A DNA stretch of 64,000 nucleotides from Cenarchaeum sp. (GCA_963693095.2 OY843768.1:1568001-1632000), one strand, 5' to 3'. Positions 30,985 through 41,158 are shown, counted from the stretch's first letter. Numbers and translations: made by a program. The notes: generated by a model not told the origin, from the letters alone.

Positions 30985-31841
30985 GCGGGAGTCAACCGTT
31001 CCAGATTATATTTAATATTTTTGAGAGATATGTGGTGAGGCACCTTTATAGTAAAATTCCCAACTTTGTTAAAGCGTCTGTCAATTATGCCAGTCGCCTG
31101 TTCGTTCACACAAATGATCCCGTAGTCAAATTCAGCGTGGTGTGTTGGACATAATACAATCATATTATCAAAATCGTCGTCACCGCCGTCATGTAAAGGC
31201 CATATATGATGCACTTCAGAGTAATGTGTTTGTGCATCAATTTCTAGACGATATTCGCAAATTTGGCATTTATTGTCGTATAACGTTTTTAATTCACGGG
31301 ATTTTTTAGTGTCACGAATAAACCGGACTGTGTCATGCTTAATTTGGTCAGGGGGGCCGTTTAGATCAATAGGTAAAACAGTGAAACCAGATGTCGTAGG
31401 GCTGACTGGAACCTGCCTATTCATAATATTATCAATTTTATGTTCTTGTATTTTGTGCAATCCTGGAGCGTGTTTGGTGTGAGGATCATCGGCATGGTCA
31501 AGCAGCTCATGGCGCGGTATTTGAACAGTCCGAGTGGCATTAAAATAAACAATGTGAACCATCATTCTTGTTCTAAAGCTACTGCCCCACTGCTTTGGGA
31601 GATCAGGGTTAATTTCTGTTTGAGATACCGAACCCTGGATTGAAAATCGGTGATCACCTTCAAGCATCATGTAGATAACATCACCACGGCGAAGTTGTTC
31701 CCAAAGGGTTTTGTCATGCTGGCGAAGTCCCCATTTGGGTGTATCGTCTGTAGAAAGCATGAGTGACTGAAAGAGGGAAGCATCTCTCCGGTCAACAATG
31801 ACGAAATAGAGTTTTGCTTGCAGATCAGCGGATAACGTCAT
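30981..31841 (-). CDS. HNH endonuclease with an N-terminal EVE/PUA-like region
   Basis: CQIC...EVHHIWPL...GGDD...NMIVLCPTHH; N-terminal WGL...WEQLRRGDVIY. Confidence 0.8.
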   Translation of the reverse strand: MTLSADLQAKLYFVIVDRRDASLFQSLMLSTDDTPKWGLRQHDKTLWEQLRRGDVIYMMLEGDHRFSIQGSVSQTEINPDLPKQWGSSFRTRMMVHIVYFNATRTVQIPRHELLDHADDPHTKHAPGLHKIQEHKIDNIMNRQVPVSPTTSGFTVLPIDLNGPPDQIKHDTVRFIRDTKKSRELKTLYDNKCQICEYRLEIDAQTHYSEVHHIWPLHDGGDDDFDNMIVLCPTHHAEFDYGIICVNEQATGIIDRRFNKVGNFTIKVPHHISLKNIKYNLERLTPA

Positions 31842-32989
31842 GCTCGGATCTTCTCCAACATTGTGATCGTTGAGCTGATTTTGTCAATTGCAAAGTCAAT
31901 TTCATCACTGGTGTTAAATCTGCCAAATCCCAGGCGAATCGACGTGTGAGCCTGCTCCTCGCTCAGTCCAATGGATAGCAGCACGTGTGACGGTTCAGTC
32001 ACCTGTGTTGTGCATGCAGAGCCTGCCGATATGGCCACTTCCTTTGAGATGGAGTTAATGACGGCCTTGCCTTCAATCCCGTCAAATCTCATGTTAACGT
32101 TGTGCTGGAGGCGGTTTTGGAGAGTCCCGTTAACCGCACCATACTTGCCAAGCTCAGAGCGCACAAGCTTGCTCCATGCGGCAAATTGCTCATTTTCATG
32201 ATGCATCTCCAGTATAGCTATCTCTAGTGCCCTTGCAAACCCCACAATGCCAGAAACGTTATGGGTGCCAGACCTTAGGCTCCGTTCCTGACCGCCGCCA
32301 AACATGATCGGTGAGGGACGAACTCGCGGTCTGATGCCACGGGTATACAAGGCGCCCACTCCCTTGGGGCCGTACAGCTTGTGGGCAGAAAGTGACATGA
32401 GGTCAATGTTCATGTCTTCGACATTCATGTCGATGTGTCCAACTGCCTGTGCCGCATCTGTGTGAAATATGACGCCGCGGTCATGCGCCAGCTTGCCAAT
32501 ACTGGCAATGTCGTGTATGGTGCCAATCTCATTGTTGGCGGCCATTATGGATATCAGCACCGTTTGCTCTGTTATTGCAGCTTCGAGCTGACCTAGGTCA
32601 ATATTTCCCTCACTGTCCACTGGAATGTGTGTGACTTTTTTTCCAATGGACTCGAGGTACCGTGCGGCATCAAGAACTGCCTTGTGCTCGGCCACGCACG
32701 TGATCATGTGGTCACCACGATCCGCATAGTGGTTCATCGTCCCGATTAGCGCCATATTGTCAGACTCTGTGGCGCCACTAGTGAACACAATGTCCTCGGG
32801 TCGTGCGCCTATCGCCTTTGCGATTTTGAGGCGCGACTCTTCCACGCCGGCAGACGCGTCTGCCCCGTATGTGTGGTCAGTGCTAGACGCATTGCCAAAC
32901 CGTTCGGTCAGGTATGGCATCATGGACTCTAGGACGCGCGGGTCAAGAGGAGTCGTCGAGTGATGATCGAGGTATACGGGGAGATTCAT
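31838..32989 (-). CDS. dndA: Cysteine desulfurase (DndA/IscS)
   Basis: YLDHHSTTP, FTSGATES, SAHKLYGPKG, SAGSAC motifs; inside the dnd operon. Confidence 0.92.
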   Translation of the reverse strand: MNLPVYLDHHSTTPLDPRVLESMMPYLTERFGNASSTDHTYGADASAGVEESRLKIAKAIGARPEDIVFTSGATESDNMALIGTMNHYADRGDHMITCVAEHKAVLDAARYLESIGKKVTHIPVDSEGNIDLGQLEAAITEQTVLISIMAANNEIGTIHDIASIGKLAHDRGVIFHTDAAQAVGHIDMNVEDMNIDLMSLSAHKLYGPKGVGALYTRGIRPRVRPSPIMFGGGQERSLRSGTHNVSGIVGFARALEIAILEMHHENEQFAAWSKLVRSELGKYGAVNGTLQNRLQHNVNMRFDGIEGKAVINSISKEVAISAGSACTTQVTEPSHVLLSIGLSEEQAHTSIRLGFGRFNTSDEIDFAIDKISSTITMLEKIRA

Positions 32990-33360
32990 TGCTTGTTCGC
33001 CTGCGATATCATTGTGTAAATGTCAGCAAGTCCACGTATTCGCGGAAAGAGCGCCGTTGTCCCGCGGTTAAAGTGTGCCCTGATCATTGGGTTGAGGTAT
33101 TTTTCAGGATCCAGCCCGTCGCGCTCAAGTCGCTTGACCATCAGAGCCATAAACAGCGGCTCGTACTCGCCGAACATGACTGACGGGTGTATCTCGGAGC
33201 CCTTTTCGTCGTACTCGTCAGGATTCGGCGGTGACGGATCCTGGAGCGAGAGGCAGATCGCAAAGCGGCCCATGATGTTGGGTGTTAGTCCGGTTCTGGA
33301 CTTTAGCATCGACAGGTGTGACTGTGACCTTTGGCTCATGCGAAGGCGGCTAAACCGCAA
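32986..33360 (-). CDS. dndE: DNA sulfur modification protein DndE
   Basis: LKSRTGLTPNIMGRFAICLSL...HFNRG; TTG start overlapping the dndD end. Confidence 0.88.
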   Translation of the reverse strand: MRFSRLRMSQRSQSHLSMLKSRTGLTPNIMGRFAICLSLQDPSPPNPDEYDEKGSEIHPSVMFGEYEPLFMALMVKRLERDGLDPEKYLNPMIRAHFNRGTTALFPRIRGLADIYTMISQANKQ

Positions 33361-35353
33361 CCTGCAACGCCTCCTCAAAGTAGCCCTCACGCGGAACGGT
33401 TCGATCCCTCTCGGCATCATACTCTATGGCATATGACCTTGAAACGTGTGGACCAAGCTTCTCAAGCTCGCCGGGACCAATCTCCGAGTCAGTTGAGAAT
33501 ATGATTACCTGGTGCGATGCCACCGGAAAGAACCGCTCTAGCAAGTTTGCCCTGTGTCCGGCATCAAGCCTGGCCAGCGGCGTGTCGATCATGAACGGCA
33601 GGGGTCGGCCGGACGTGCGAGCCAGCGCCCAAAGAACGGCAGTTGTGAGCATCTGCTGCTCTCCCTTTGAGAGCGAGTCCTTTGGAACTGGAATGTCATC
33701 CTTTTTGTACAGTGTGATTGCATATGTCTTTCTGTCCACCTTCACGCGGTCAATTAAGCCTTTTTTGTGCATAAGCACAAGTATGGCCTCCAGTAGGTTA
33801 GTCTCCAACAGTGCGAGCTTTTTGTCGGCGAGCTTTGTGGCATAGTCGTCCAGTGCCAGCTGCACGTGCTTTGTGAGCTCTACTCTAACACCTGCCTTTT
33901 TGTCCTTGTAGAGCTGTGTTATGACATCACGTGTCTTTACCTGAATGTGGTTTGAGAGCGCCCGAAGTGATGAGATCTCCTCGTCAATGTGGTTGATCTC
34001 GGCCTCTAGCATGCCGAGTGTGGACTGTGTCTTGGCAACCTTGGTGATCATCGGTCCGATCTCATCATCATCAGGCGCGCTAGTGAGCGCAAGATCAAGA
34101 CGATGGATCTCCTCTTCGGTCTTAATCAGCTCGTCAGCATCATTCTTTAGCGCCGCAGTCGCCGCGCCATTTGCGTTGCCAATCGTGGAGAGTATCTGTT
34201 CCTCCTGCTCTCGCGAGAGGTCGAACACGCGCTTGCTGGCGGATTTGCGAGGCGGCCTGATTGCCGAGATCATCTTTGGGATCAATAGTGAGCGCAGGTC
34301 TGATCCATCCTCTAGGGTGTCCCAAACGTCATCGTCATACAGGCGCTCCTTGGCGCGCTCGGCGGCCTCCTTTATGGCAGCAGCCGTCATTGAGCGGATT
34401 TCGAGCTGCCGGTCGTCGTGTATCTGGGACGTGACTGCGGCAGTCTCCTCCGGTATGACTGCAAACGGCAGCGAGCCGCCGCACATCTCCCTGATGCGAA
34501 AGACGATCGAGTCACGCAGTTTGGCAGCGGCGTCCCTCTTTGCCTTTATCTCGGCGCGCCGTGCCGCAAAGCCGCCGCCTAGTGCGTTAATGGTCGCCTC
34601 TACCTCTTTTGCGTCGGATACTGCAGAGTCAAGCGAGGCCTGCTTGGAGGCGCGCCGGTCAGACAGCCTCGCGACGCGCTCATCGGCAGCCGCCTTTTCT
34701 GCAGTCAGGCGCTCAAACTCGCTCTTGATGTGCGCATTGCCCCCCTTCATGTTTCGCATCATGTTGACCTCTAGGTCACGACGCAGTTGACGAACAATGT
34801 CAAGACCCAGCAGCGTGTCAAAGGAGGACTTTACCACCGCAGACTCTCCCTCCTCGACCATGCGGACGATGCGCTCGCCGTCAAAAAAGAACAGCCTCGC
34901 GATTCCCCTGGGCACAAGGCCGTCTATGAATGACTGCCAGCCGCTCGCATCCATGTCAACGGTAGACAGTTGATCCCCATCCACGGACTGGATGGAGAGC
35001 GATTCGGACTTGCCGTCGGTTCCCCATGAACGCGACACCCTGTACTCGGATACCTTGCCGGCATGCGATATCTGGAACGTCACCGATATGGAAGAGCCAT
35101 CATGGCTTGCTATGCCACCCTTCCTGTGAACCCGTTTAGCCAAGTATGCCTCGTATGACTTTTGCGTGATGCGGCCGTCAAGTGAAGAGATCCCGTAGAG
35201 GCAAAGCACGACTGACTCAAAGAGCGTCGTCTTGCCCGCGCCGTTCATGCCGCCAACTAGGACTATCGGGCTTTCTGCAGTGCTAGTCATGTCAAGTGAG
35301 TTGTGGTCTCCATATGCCCCATAGTTGGTCAGCTCTATGCGCCGGATTAACGT
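33350..35353 (-). CDS. dndD: DNA sulfur modification ATPase DndD
   Basis: GGMNGAGKTT, FFFDGE, LSKGEQQ, IDTPLARLD, STDSE motifs; homology extends upstream of the ATG at 35290 to an ACG codon at 35353. Confidence 0.92.
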   Translation of the reverse strand, partial: TLIRRIELTNYGAYGDHNSLDMTSTAESPIVLVGGMNGAGKTTLFESVVLCLYGISSLDGRITQKSYEAYLAKRVHRKGGIASHDGSSISVTFQISHAGKVSEYRVSRSWGTDGKSESLSIQSVDGDQLSTVDMDASGWQSFIDGLVPRGIARLFFFDGERIVRMVEEGESAVVKSSFDTLLGLDIVRQLRRDLEVNMMRNMKGGNAHIKSEFERLTAEKAAADERVARLSDRRASKQASLDSAVSDAKEVEATINALGGGFAARRAEIKAKRDAAAKLRDSIVFRIREMCGGSLPFAVIPEETAAVTSQIHDDRQLEIRSMTAAAIKEAAERAKERLYDDDVWDTLEDGSDLRSLLIPKMISAIRPPRKSASKRVFDLSREQEEQILSTIGNANGAATAALKNDADELIKTEEEIHRLDLALTSAPDDDEIGPMITKVAKTQSTLGMLEAEINHIDEEISSLRALSNHIQVKTRDVITQLYKDKKAGVRVELTKHVQLALDDYATKLADKKLALLETNLLEAILVLMHKKGLIDRVKVDRKTYAITLYKKDDIPVPKDSLSKGEQQMLTTAVLWALARTSGRPLPFMIDTPLARLDAGHRANLLERFFPVASHQVIIFSTDSEIGPGELEKLGPHVSRSYAIEYDAERDRTVPREGYFEEALQVAV

Positions 35354-36855
35354 ATCAAGCCACCCCCATAATCAATGCGCCGCTGGCGCCGCTCCTTTAG
35401 GTCATCGACGATCTCATCTAGATCATCACGCCATTCCTCAGAGAGTATCTTGTTGAGCTTTGGGTATACTGCCGAGTGGCGCGTCATACCTTGTGACTCG
35501 AGCTCGGCGTTGAGCAAGCGGGACACGAGTAGCGGGGGGACGTTGTGCCCCTTGCATGAGGACTCTAGTGCCTCCTGCTCTAGTGCGCCAAAGGCGCCCA
35601 GATCATCGCCGTCCTCGGTGATCTGGTTCCCAGTCACGTCTGCGTATATGCGGTACGCCGAGTTTTGCCAGTCACCGCACTCCATGCGCCAGAGCCTCTG
35701 TATCTCGCGAACCTCGTCCTCTAGGATGAGATTAATCTTGGGATCCGGACCGGTCTTTCTGACCTGCTCTTGCGCACGAAGGAGCTTTTCGAGGAACTCT
35801 TTACGAAACTCCATCGTGTACGGCCCCGGCGTCAAGATGTCATAGGGGTCACCCTTGCGTATCATCTCGTCTACTGACGTTGACTTTGCGAGCTCGTCGT
35901 CCAGTGACCGGCGTTGGGCCTTGTCTATGAGGCGCATATGGCCATCCCTGCGGCGTAGCTCGCGCACGTCACGCCGCTTTTGTGGATCTTGCGTCTCCTT
36001 TAGTATCGCACGCAGATCTAGGAGTGGCTGCATCCACTCCCCACCATTCTCGATCGTGTTCTCCAGGGACGCGTCCCTGTCGACCACTGTGCATACCCAG
36101 CACCCAAATCTCGAGTTACCACAGCTTGGAGTGCTAGAGTCGACGACTAGTGGGCACTCGGCCGCATTGGCGTTCTGGTACAGCGCAAGGAGGTCACGGT
36201 TGTTTGCGCCCCACGGATTTTTGTTCTGGAGCAGATAGTTCCAGACATCATCGGTGGTAAAGTCTCGCAGCGGGGTGTAGACATAGGTTTGGGCGAACTT
36301 TGAGTGGCGCGAGAGCAGGCTGCCCTTTATCTCGTAGAGGTTCATGAGCTGGTGGCGTGAGCCGCTCTCGTCCTTTCTGGTTCCCAGTGCGACGATTGCC
36401 TCGCCATACTGTGAGACCTTTTCCCTGATAAAGCGGTCAGCATTGCGCACCTTTAGGCGATCCGTGCACCACCGAAACATGTTGGTCGGTGCCGGAAACC
36501 CCTTTCCGAGCAGGCATGTCCAAAAAGTGTCTTTGATCTCTGGATGAACCAGGTTTGTCGAGATGGGAAGTCCGGCCTTTTTTCCGGCCGTCTCCATCAT
36601 GTCAAGTGAGGCGGTGATCTGCTCGACTATCTTTGGAGACTCTACAAGTGTGTCTGACGAGATGATATAGACTGCCTTTTTGAGCTTTGTCTTTGGCAGC
36701 GATGCCAGTGCTCCCCAGATTAGCTGAACCATACACGTCGAATCCTTTCCTCCCGAAAATCCCAGGATCCAGGGCCGCGCATCTGAGACATACACATCAC
36801 GGATCTCGCCATAGATGTCATCCAGCTTTCGTGATTCAAAGACGGATGAGGCCAT
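35347..36855 (-). CDS. dndC: DNA phosphorothioation sulfurtransferase DndC
   Basis: PWILGFSGGKDS, FRWCTDRLK, ECPLVVD...SCGNSRFGCWVCTVV motifs. Confidence 0.95.
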   Translation of the reverse strand: MASSVFESRKLDDIYGEIRDVYVSDARPWILGFSGGKDSTCMVQLIWGALASLPKTKLKKAVYIISSDTLVESPKIVEQITASLDMMETAGKKAGLPISTNLVHPEIKDTFWTCLLGKGFPAPTNMFRWCTDRLKVRNADRFIREKVSQYGEAIVALGTRKDESGSRHQLMNLYEIKGSLLSRHSKFAQTYVYTPLRDFTTDDVWNYLLQNKNPWGANNRDLLALYQNANAAECPLVVDSSTPSCGNSRFGCWVCTVVDRDASLENTIENGGEWMQPLLDLRAILKETQDPQKRRDVRELRRRDGHMRLIDKAQRRSLDDELAKSTSVDEMIRKGDPYDILTPGPYTMEFRKEFLEKLLRAQEQVRKTGPDPKINLILEDEVREIQRLWRMECGDWQNSAYRIYADVTGNQITEDGDDLGAFGALEQEALESSCKGHNVPPLLVSRLLNAELESQGMTRHSAVYPKLNKILSEEWRDDLDEIVDDLKERRQRRIDYGGGLIR

Positions 36856-36856
36856 G

Positions 36857-37942
36857 CTATTGACCCACCGGCCGCGCGCCAGATGACGCGCCACACTTGC
36901 GAAGTATAAGGTCGGCTGCCCGTTGGTATGCCTTTTTGTTCTTGAGCATGCGACCATCCAGGGCGAGCTTGCCCTCCCAGTCAGGATTGTCCCGAAGCCA
37001 ATTGATCTTTTGGAGCGCCTTGAGCTTTTGCTTCCAGGTGTCAGGAAACTCTGACATTAGGACAAATCCTGCCATTCCGAGCGCGTTGAGTGTGTTTGTG
37101 TGGGCATGAACATACTCTTTTCTGATCTCCGAGGCGGTCATTTTCTTGTCTACAAGCAGTTTCCATTCAGGTATGTTCCGTGCCACGTGGTTCCAGTATT
37201 CTGAAGCAAGTGGCTTTTTTTTATCTGAAACTGTGCTTCCCGTGATGTGTAAGAGCTGCTTTGTTGCATCAGATATGCCATTTAGCGTAAAGAACTTTGA
37301 TGTTCTGTTGGAGAGCGAGGTCTTTTCCATCTCTGTTCTCCCATGAAAAATATCGACATCAGTGACTAACTGTACGATGTATTGTGAATATGTACTACGG
37401 TGGTCATACAGTATTCCAAGTGATTTTGAGGGTTTTGTTGCGTGCTTGTTGAGATCTGCAAACATTTGCTGACTGCGCTTTAGTCCCTTGTCTTTGAAGA
37501 AGACAACAGAGATAGACTCATTGCCTATGTCAGGGCGATGCTTTAGCGCCTCCTCTATTGCCGCCCTGCGATGTTGGCCATCGTTGATCAGCATGCGCGA
37601 GTTCATAGCGATGTGAAGTCTGCCCATCTTGCCATCCTCGCCAAGCGACGGCTCGGGATCAAAGCTCATAGTGCCGTCGACTGATGCGGTCAATGAAGAA
37701 AATACATAGTCAGCAGGGTTGTCTAGGATATAGCTGGCAATCCTTGGAATCCTGGACATTCGAAGGAGGCGCTGGGCGCGCATCTGGGGCGGGAGCTCTT
37801 GCTCGTTGAAGATGAACAGCTTTGGGATTATCTTGAGCGGGCACATGGCGATGTAAAACTCGCGGCCTGCCTGCACTCCTCGGATAGCGTCAAAGCCGTA
37901 CACCTCGCCGCCGGTTCCCCGGCCACGGTCAAATCTGCCCAT
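36857..37942 (-). CDS. dndB: DNA sulfur modification protein DndB (DGQHR domain)
   Basis: AIRGVQAG, RAQR, INDGQHRR, QQMFADLN motifs. Confidence 0.93.
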   Translation of the reverse strand: MGRFDRGRGTGGEVYGFDAIRGVQAGREFYIAMCPLKIIPKLFIFNEQELPPQMRAQRLLRMSRIPRIASYILDNPADYVFSSLTASVDGTMSFDPEPSLGEDGKMGRLHIAMNSRMLINDGQHRRAAIEEALKHRPDIGNESISVVFFKDKGLKRSQQMFADLNKHATKPSKSLGILYDHRSTYSQYIVQLVTDVDIFHGRTEMEKTSLSNRTSKFFTLNGISDATKQLLHITGSTVSDKKKPLASEYWNHVARNIPEWKLLVDKKMTASEIRKEYVHAHTNTLNALGMAGFVLMSEFPDTWKQKLKALQKINWLRDNPDWEGKLALDGRMLKNKKAYQRAADLILRKCGASSGARPVGQ

Positions 37943-38001
37943 GGGGGCGCCCCTGAAGGAAGTCTAATAAAAAGGGTTTGGAAATTTGTTTTTAAAGACC
38001 C

Positions 38002-38169
38002 TTAAGAGGCGATTTTTGAGAGCTTTTTGAGCTCGTCGCCGGTCACGGTCAGCCGAAAGATCACGGCGTCGGGGTTCTTGGCGTTCTTGGCGAGTGGGTA
38101 GAACTTGAAGGTATACTTGCCCCCCGAGCTCGTGACCTCATAGGGGCGACCCCCTAGTGTGTTGCGCAT
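38002..38169 (-). CDS. Small 55-aa protein absent from the ORF track
   Basis: MRNTLGGRPYEVTSSGGKYTFKFYPLAKNAKNPDAVIFRLTVTGDELKKLSKIAS; host-like codon usage; TTATAT ~21 nt upstream. Confidence 0.55.
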   Translation of the reverse strand: MRNTLGGRPYEVTSSGGKYTFKFYPLAKNAKNPDAVIFRLTVTGDELKKLSKIAS

Positions 38170-38315
38170 GGCCTGGCGCTAGGCGCAGAATATAATACTC
38201 TATTGCAGGGGGAGCCTCTGCCCAGATATTGCCATATCTTCAAGCATACCTTGATATATGGATCACAGTTATAAATGACTATAGTGTAGGCAATCACGTG
38301 AATGCGGCACGCACA

Positions 38316-39986
38316 ATGAACGCCAAGAGTGTCAGTTTTGGGGATGTGCTGTCTGACAAGAATCGCTACATCGTGCCCAATAACCAAAGACGGTATGCGT
38401 GGGAAAAAGAACAAATTGGACAATTTTTCAAAGATGTCATGTACGCATACGATCAGATTAAACATGAAACACAGTTTCAATATTTTTTTGGACCCATGGT
38501 CTTCATAAGAGATGGCGATAAACAAATAGTTGCAGACGGACAGCAGCGGCTGGCAACGGCCAACGTGTTTATTGCAGTCATTCGTGATCTCCTATTAGAT
38601 CTGAATGATGGCGCAGAGAGTACGAATAACCATGGTCTAAAATACCAACACAAAAAGATTATATCTAATATCACACTAGGAAGACACAATAAAGAATTTT
38701 ATAATGATTATATTATAAAACAAGGATCTGCAAAGGATAAAAAAGATCTCTTGACAAAAAGAAAATATCAGCAGAAGACTGACCCTAACTTCTGGTTAGC
38801 TTTTGCATATTGTGAGTTTTATGATAATCTAAAAAAAATCATGCGAAGTAAAATCAAAGAATATGTGAAATTACAAAGTATAGTGCTAGACGTCTTTACA
38901 ATTATCAAGATAGATGTAAACACGACTGAATACGCATACAGAATTTTTGAAACATTAAACGAGCGAGGAATGCCACTTGCAATAAGCGATATGATCAAAA
39001 ATCACGTTATTGAGTGTTCTAAACCAAAAGATCGTGATTTGATCAACACGAGATGGGAAGAAATGATTGGTGTGGTCGGCACTAAAAAAATAAATTTGTA
39101 TGTTCGACATTTTTGGATTGCAAATTATGAGAACGTTGCAAAACGGGAATTGTATAAAAAGATTAGTGAGCGTATGAGAAAATCTAAAACAGGAAAAAAA
39201 ATTACTAATTATGTTCGTGATCTTCACACACAAGCTGAGATATTTGTTGCTTTACATGATCCCATACAATATAATAGTATGTGGGGGAGAGATAGCCAGA
39301 TCATAGACGACTTAAAAATGCTAAATCAATTGAATAGCGAGGTTGTGAAAATAGTGCTGTTAATTGCAAAGGCACAAAAAGAAAAAAACCACAAAGCATA
39401 CAGACAGTTAGTACATATGATGCTTCTTTTCTTTTTTAGGAGTAAAACTATAGGAAACACTCACGCAACAGTATTAGAACAAACAATGGCAAAAATTGCT
39501 AGAAATATTCGTAACTCAAAGAAACTCGACAATGGCTCAATCAAAACAATATTGAAAGATAGTGCTGTTTATCCGTCTGACGAAGAATTCAAAAGAAAAT
39601 TTGTAGATAAAAACCTAAATACTCAAACAGCCCGGTATGTACTTAAACAATTGGAATTTCACATGGGGGCGAGTCCAGAACTCGGACTGAGATCACCAAT
39701 CACAGTAGAACACATTATGCCAAAAGATCGCAAACATTGGAGCCATATTGAACGTGATGACCACGATGACTTACTAGCGACAATTGGGAATTTAGCATTG
39801 TTGACAGAAAAAGATAACGGTATTGCGTCTTCTGCACCATTTAAAGAAAAGAGAAAAAAAGTATACATAAAATCAAACATTAAGGTTACAAAAGAACTAG
39901 AAGAATATAAAAAATGGAACAAGGAGACGATTAATCATAGGGCAGAAAAATTTGCTGAAATGGCAATAAAAATTTGGAAAATATGA
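38316..39986 (+). CDS. DUF262 + DUF1524 (GmrSD/SspE-like) modification-dependent nuclease
   Basis: PNNQRRYAW, DGQQRL, FETLNERG, TVEHIMP...IGNLALL motifs; very AT-rich. Confidence 0.9.
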   Translation: MNAKSVSFGDVLSDKNRYIVPNNQRRYAWEKEQIGQFFKDVMYAYDQIKHETQFQYFFGPMVFIRDGDKQIVADGQQRLATANVFIAVIRDLLLDLNDGAESTNNHGLKYQHKKIISNITLGRHNKEFYNDYIIKQGSAKDKKDLLTKRKYQQKTDPNFWLAFAYCEFYDNLKKIMRSKIKEYVKLQSIVLDVFTIIKIDVNTTEYAYRIFETLNERGMPLAISDMIKNHVIECSKPKDRDLINTRWEEMIGVVGTKKINLYVRHFWIANYENVAKRELYKKISERMRKSKTGKKITNYVRDLHTQAEIFVALHDPIQYNSMWGRDSQIIDDLKMLNQLNSEVVKIVLLIAKAQKEKNHKAYRQLVHMMLLFFFRSKTIGNTHATVLEQTMAKIARNIRNSKKLDNGSIKTILKDSAVYPSDEEFKRKFVDKNLNTQTARYVLKQLEFHMGASPELGLRSPITVEHIMPKDRKHWSHIERDDHDDLLATIGNLALLTEKDNGIASSAPFKEKRKKVYIKSNIKVTKELEEYKKWNKETINHRAEKFAEMAIKIWKI

Positions 39987-40063
39987 CAAAGGTTTGATCT
40001 TGTGTCACTTGCCTTAAAAATTTGAAATTTACTCGTATTCTAAAGGTCACACAATCTTAGAAG

Positions 40064-40810
40064 TTATTTAGATTCACGTGCGCCCTCGGCCTCATCGACC
40101 CGCCCGAGTATCTCCAGAGCCTGCGCCCTGACTGCGTGCGCCATGCCAAGGCTCGAATCAAGTACGACGGCATGATCAGCGGTGACTAGTGCGTCATCAG
40201 GATGCCCGAACGCAAGTAGCGTGCCGGCACGGCACATGTGCGCGTACGCGTTATCCGGCGCAAGCGATATTGCGCGCTCGAAAGACTTTAGCGCCTCTTC
40301 ATGCTTGCCCAGGCCACGCAGCGAGTGACCGACGGCGATATGCACCGAGGGCTCTGACGCATCCAACGAGGAGGCACGCTCTAGGGGCTCTAGCGCATCC
40401 CCATGGCGACCCAGCGCAAGGAGTGAGCGCCCCACTCCAATTAGCGCGTCGACGCCGCCGTCGGCCTTGGCCGCACGCTCAAATGACTCAAGGGCCTCAG
40501 CAGGCCTGCGGAGGTCAAGCAGCGACACACCGCAACACACGTGCGCTGCGGCATCAGCTGGCCTCACCATGGCCGCACACCTGAACGACTCTAGTGCCAT
40601 CGCGGGCCGGCCGAGGCGCGTCTGCGCGTGACCGCAGCCCATGTGCGCATCCCCATCGCGTATGTCCAGCGAGACTGCGCGCTCGAATGACTCTAGCGCC
40701 TCAGCAGGCTTTCCCAGGTCCATGAGCGTCTCTCCGTGTCCCACGTGCGTTGCGGCGTTTTCACGGACAGGTGCCATGTCGATGTATCTCTCTAGTGTGT
40801 CAGTCTCCAT
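40064..40810 (-). CDS. TPR repeat protein
   Basis: Repeated AHxxxGxxLxxLGRxxEALESFERA units. Confidence 0.85.
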   Translation of the reverse strand: METDTLERYIDMAPVRENAATHVGHGETLMDLGKPAEALESFERAVSLDIRDGDAHMGCGHAQTRLGRPAMALESFRCAAMVRPADAAAHVCCGVSLLDLRRPAEALESFERAAKADGGVDALIGVGRSLLALGRHGDALEPLERASSLDASEPSVHIAVGHSLRGLGKHEEALKSFERAISLAPDNAYAHMCRAGTLLAFGHPDDALVTADHAVVLDSSLGMAHAVRAQALEILGRVDEAEGARESK

Positions 40811-41158
40811 GGTCAAGCACGCAACTCTCGCCCTATTTGATTTTAGGCGTGTACGCTCGTCGTGCGGGGCGTTCTCCAAGATATAGGCTAGAGCGCACAC
40901 GAGTATGAATGAATATGCGCAGGAAACGCATTGGAACGCTCGAGGATAACGCGAGTGAGGCAGGAGAGAAGGCCGGGTCCCCAGGGAGATCGCCACGAGG
41001 CCAGCCGCAACATTGGCGAGCTCGAGTATCGCATAAACACGCTCTAGTCATGCGAGTTTTGCCTGCCGGGGCTGTCGGTAGAACAAAGCGGTGCGGACAT
41101 GGCACGACTCTAGTGCTGGCGGCACCATTCGTGTAGTTTAAATAATCCCCAGGGGGGC

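Noticed and set aside
20340-40060. Integrative element or provirus
   Set aside because: No integrase, tRNA att site, direct repeats or virion genes detected; called a defence island only.
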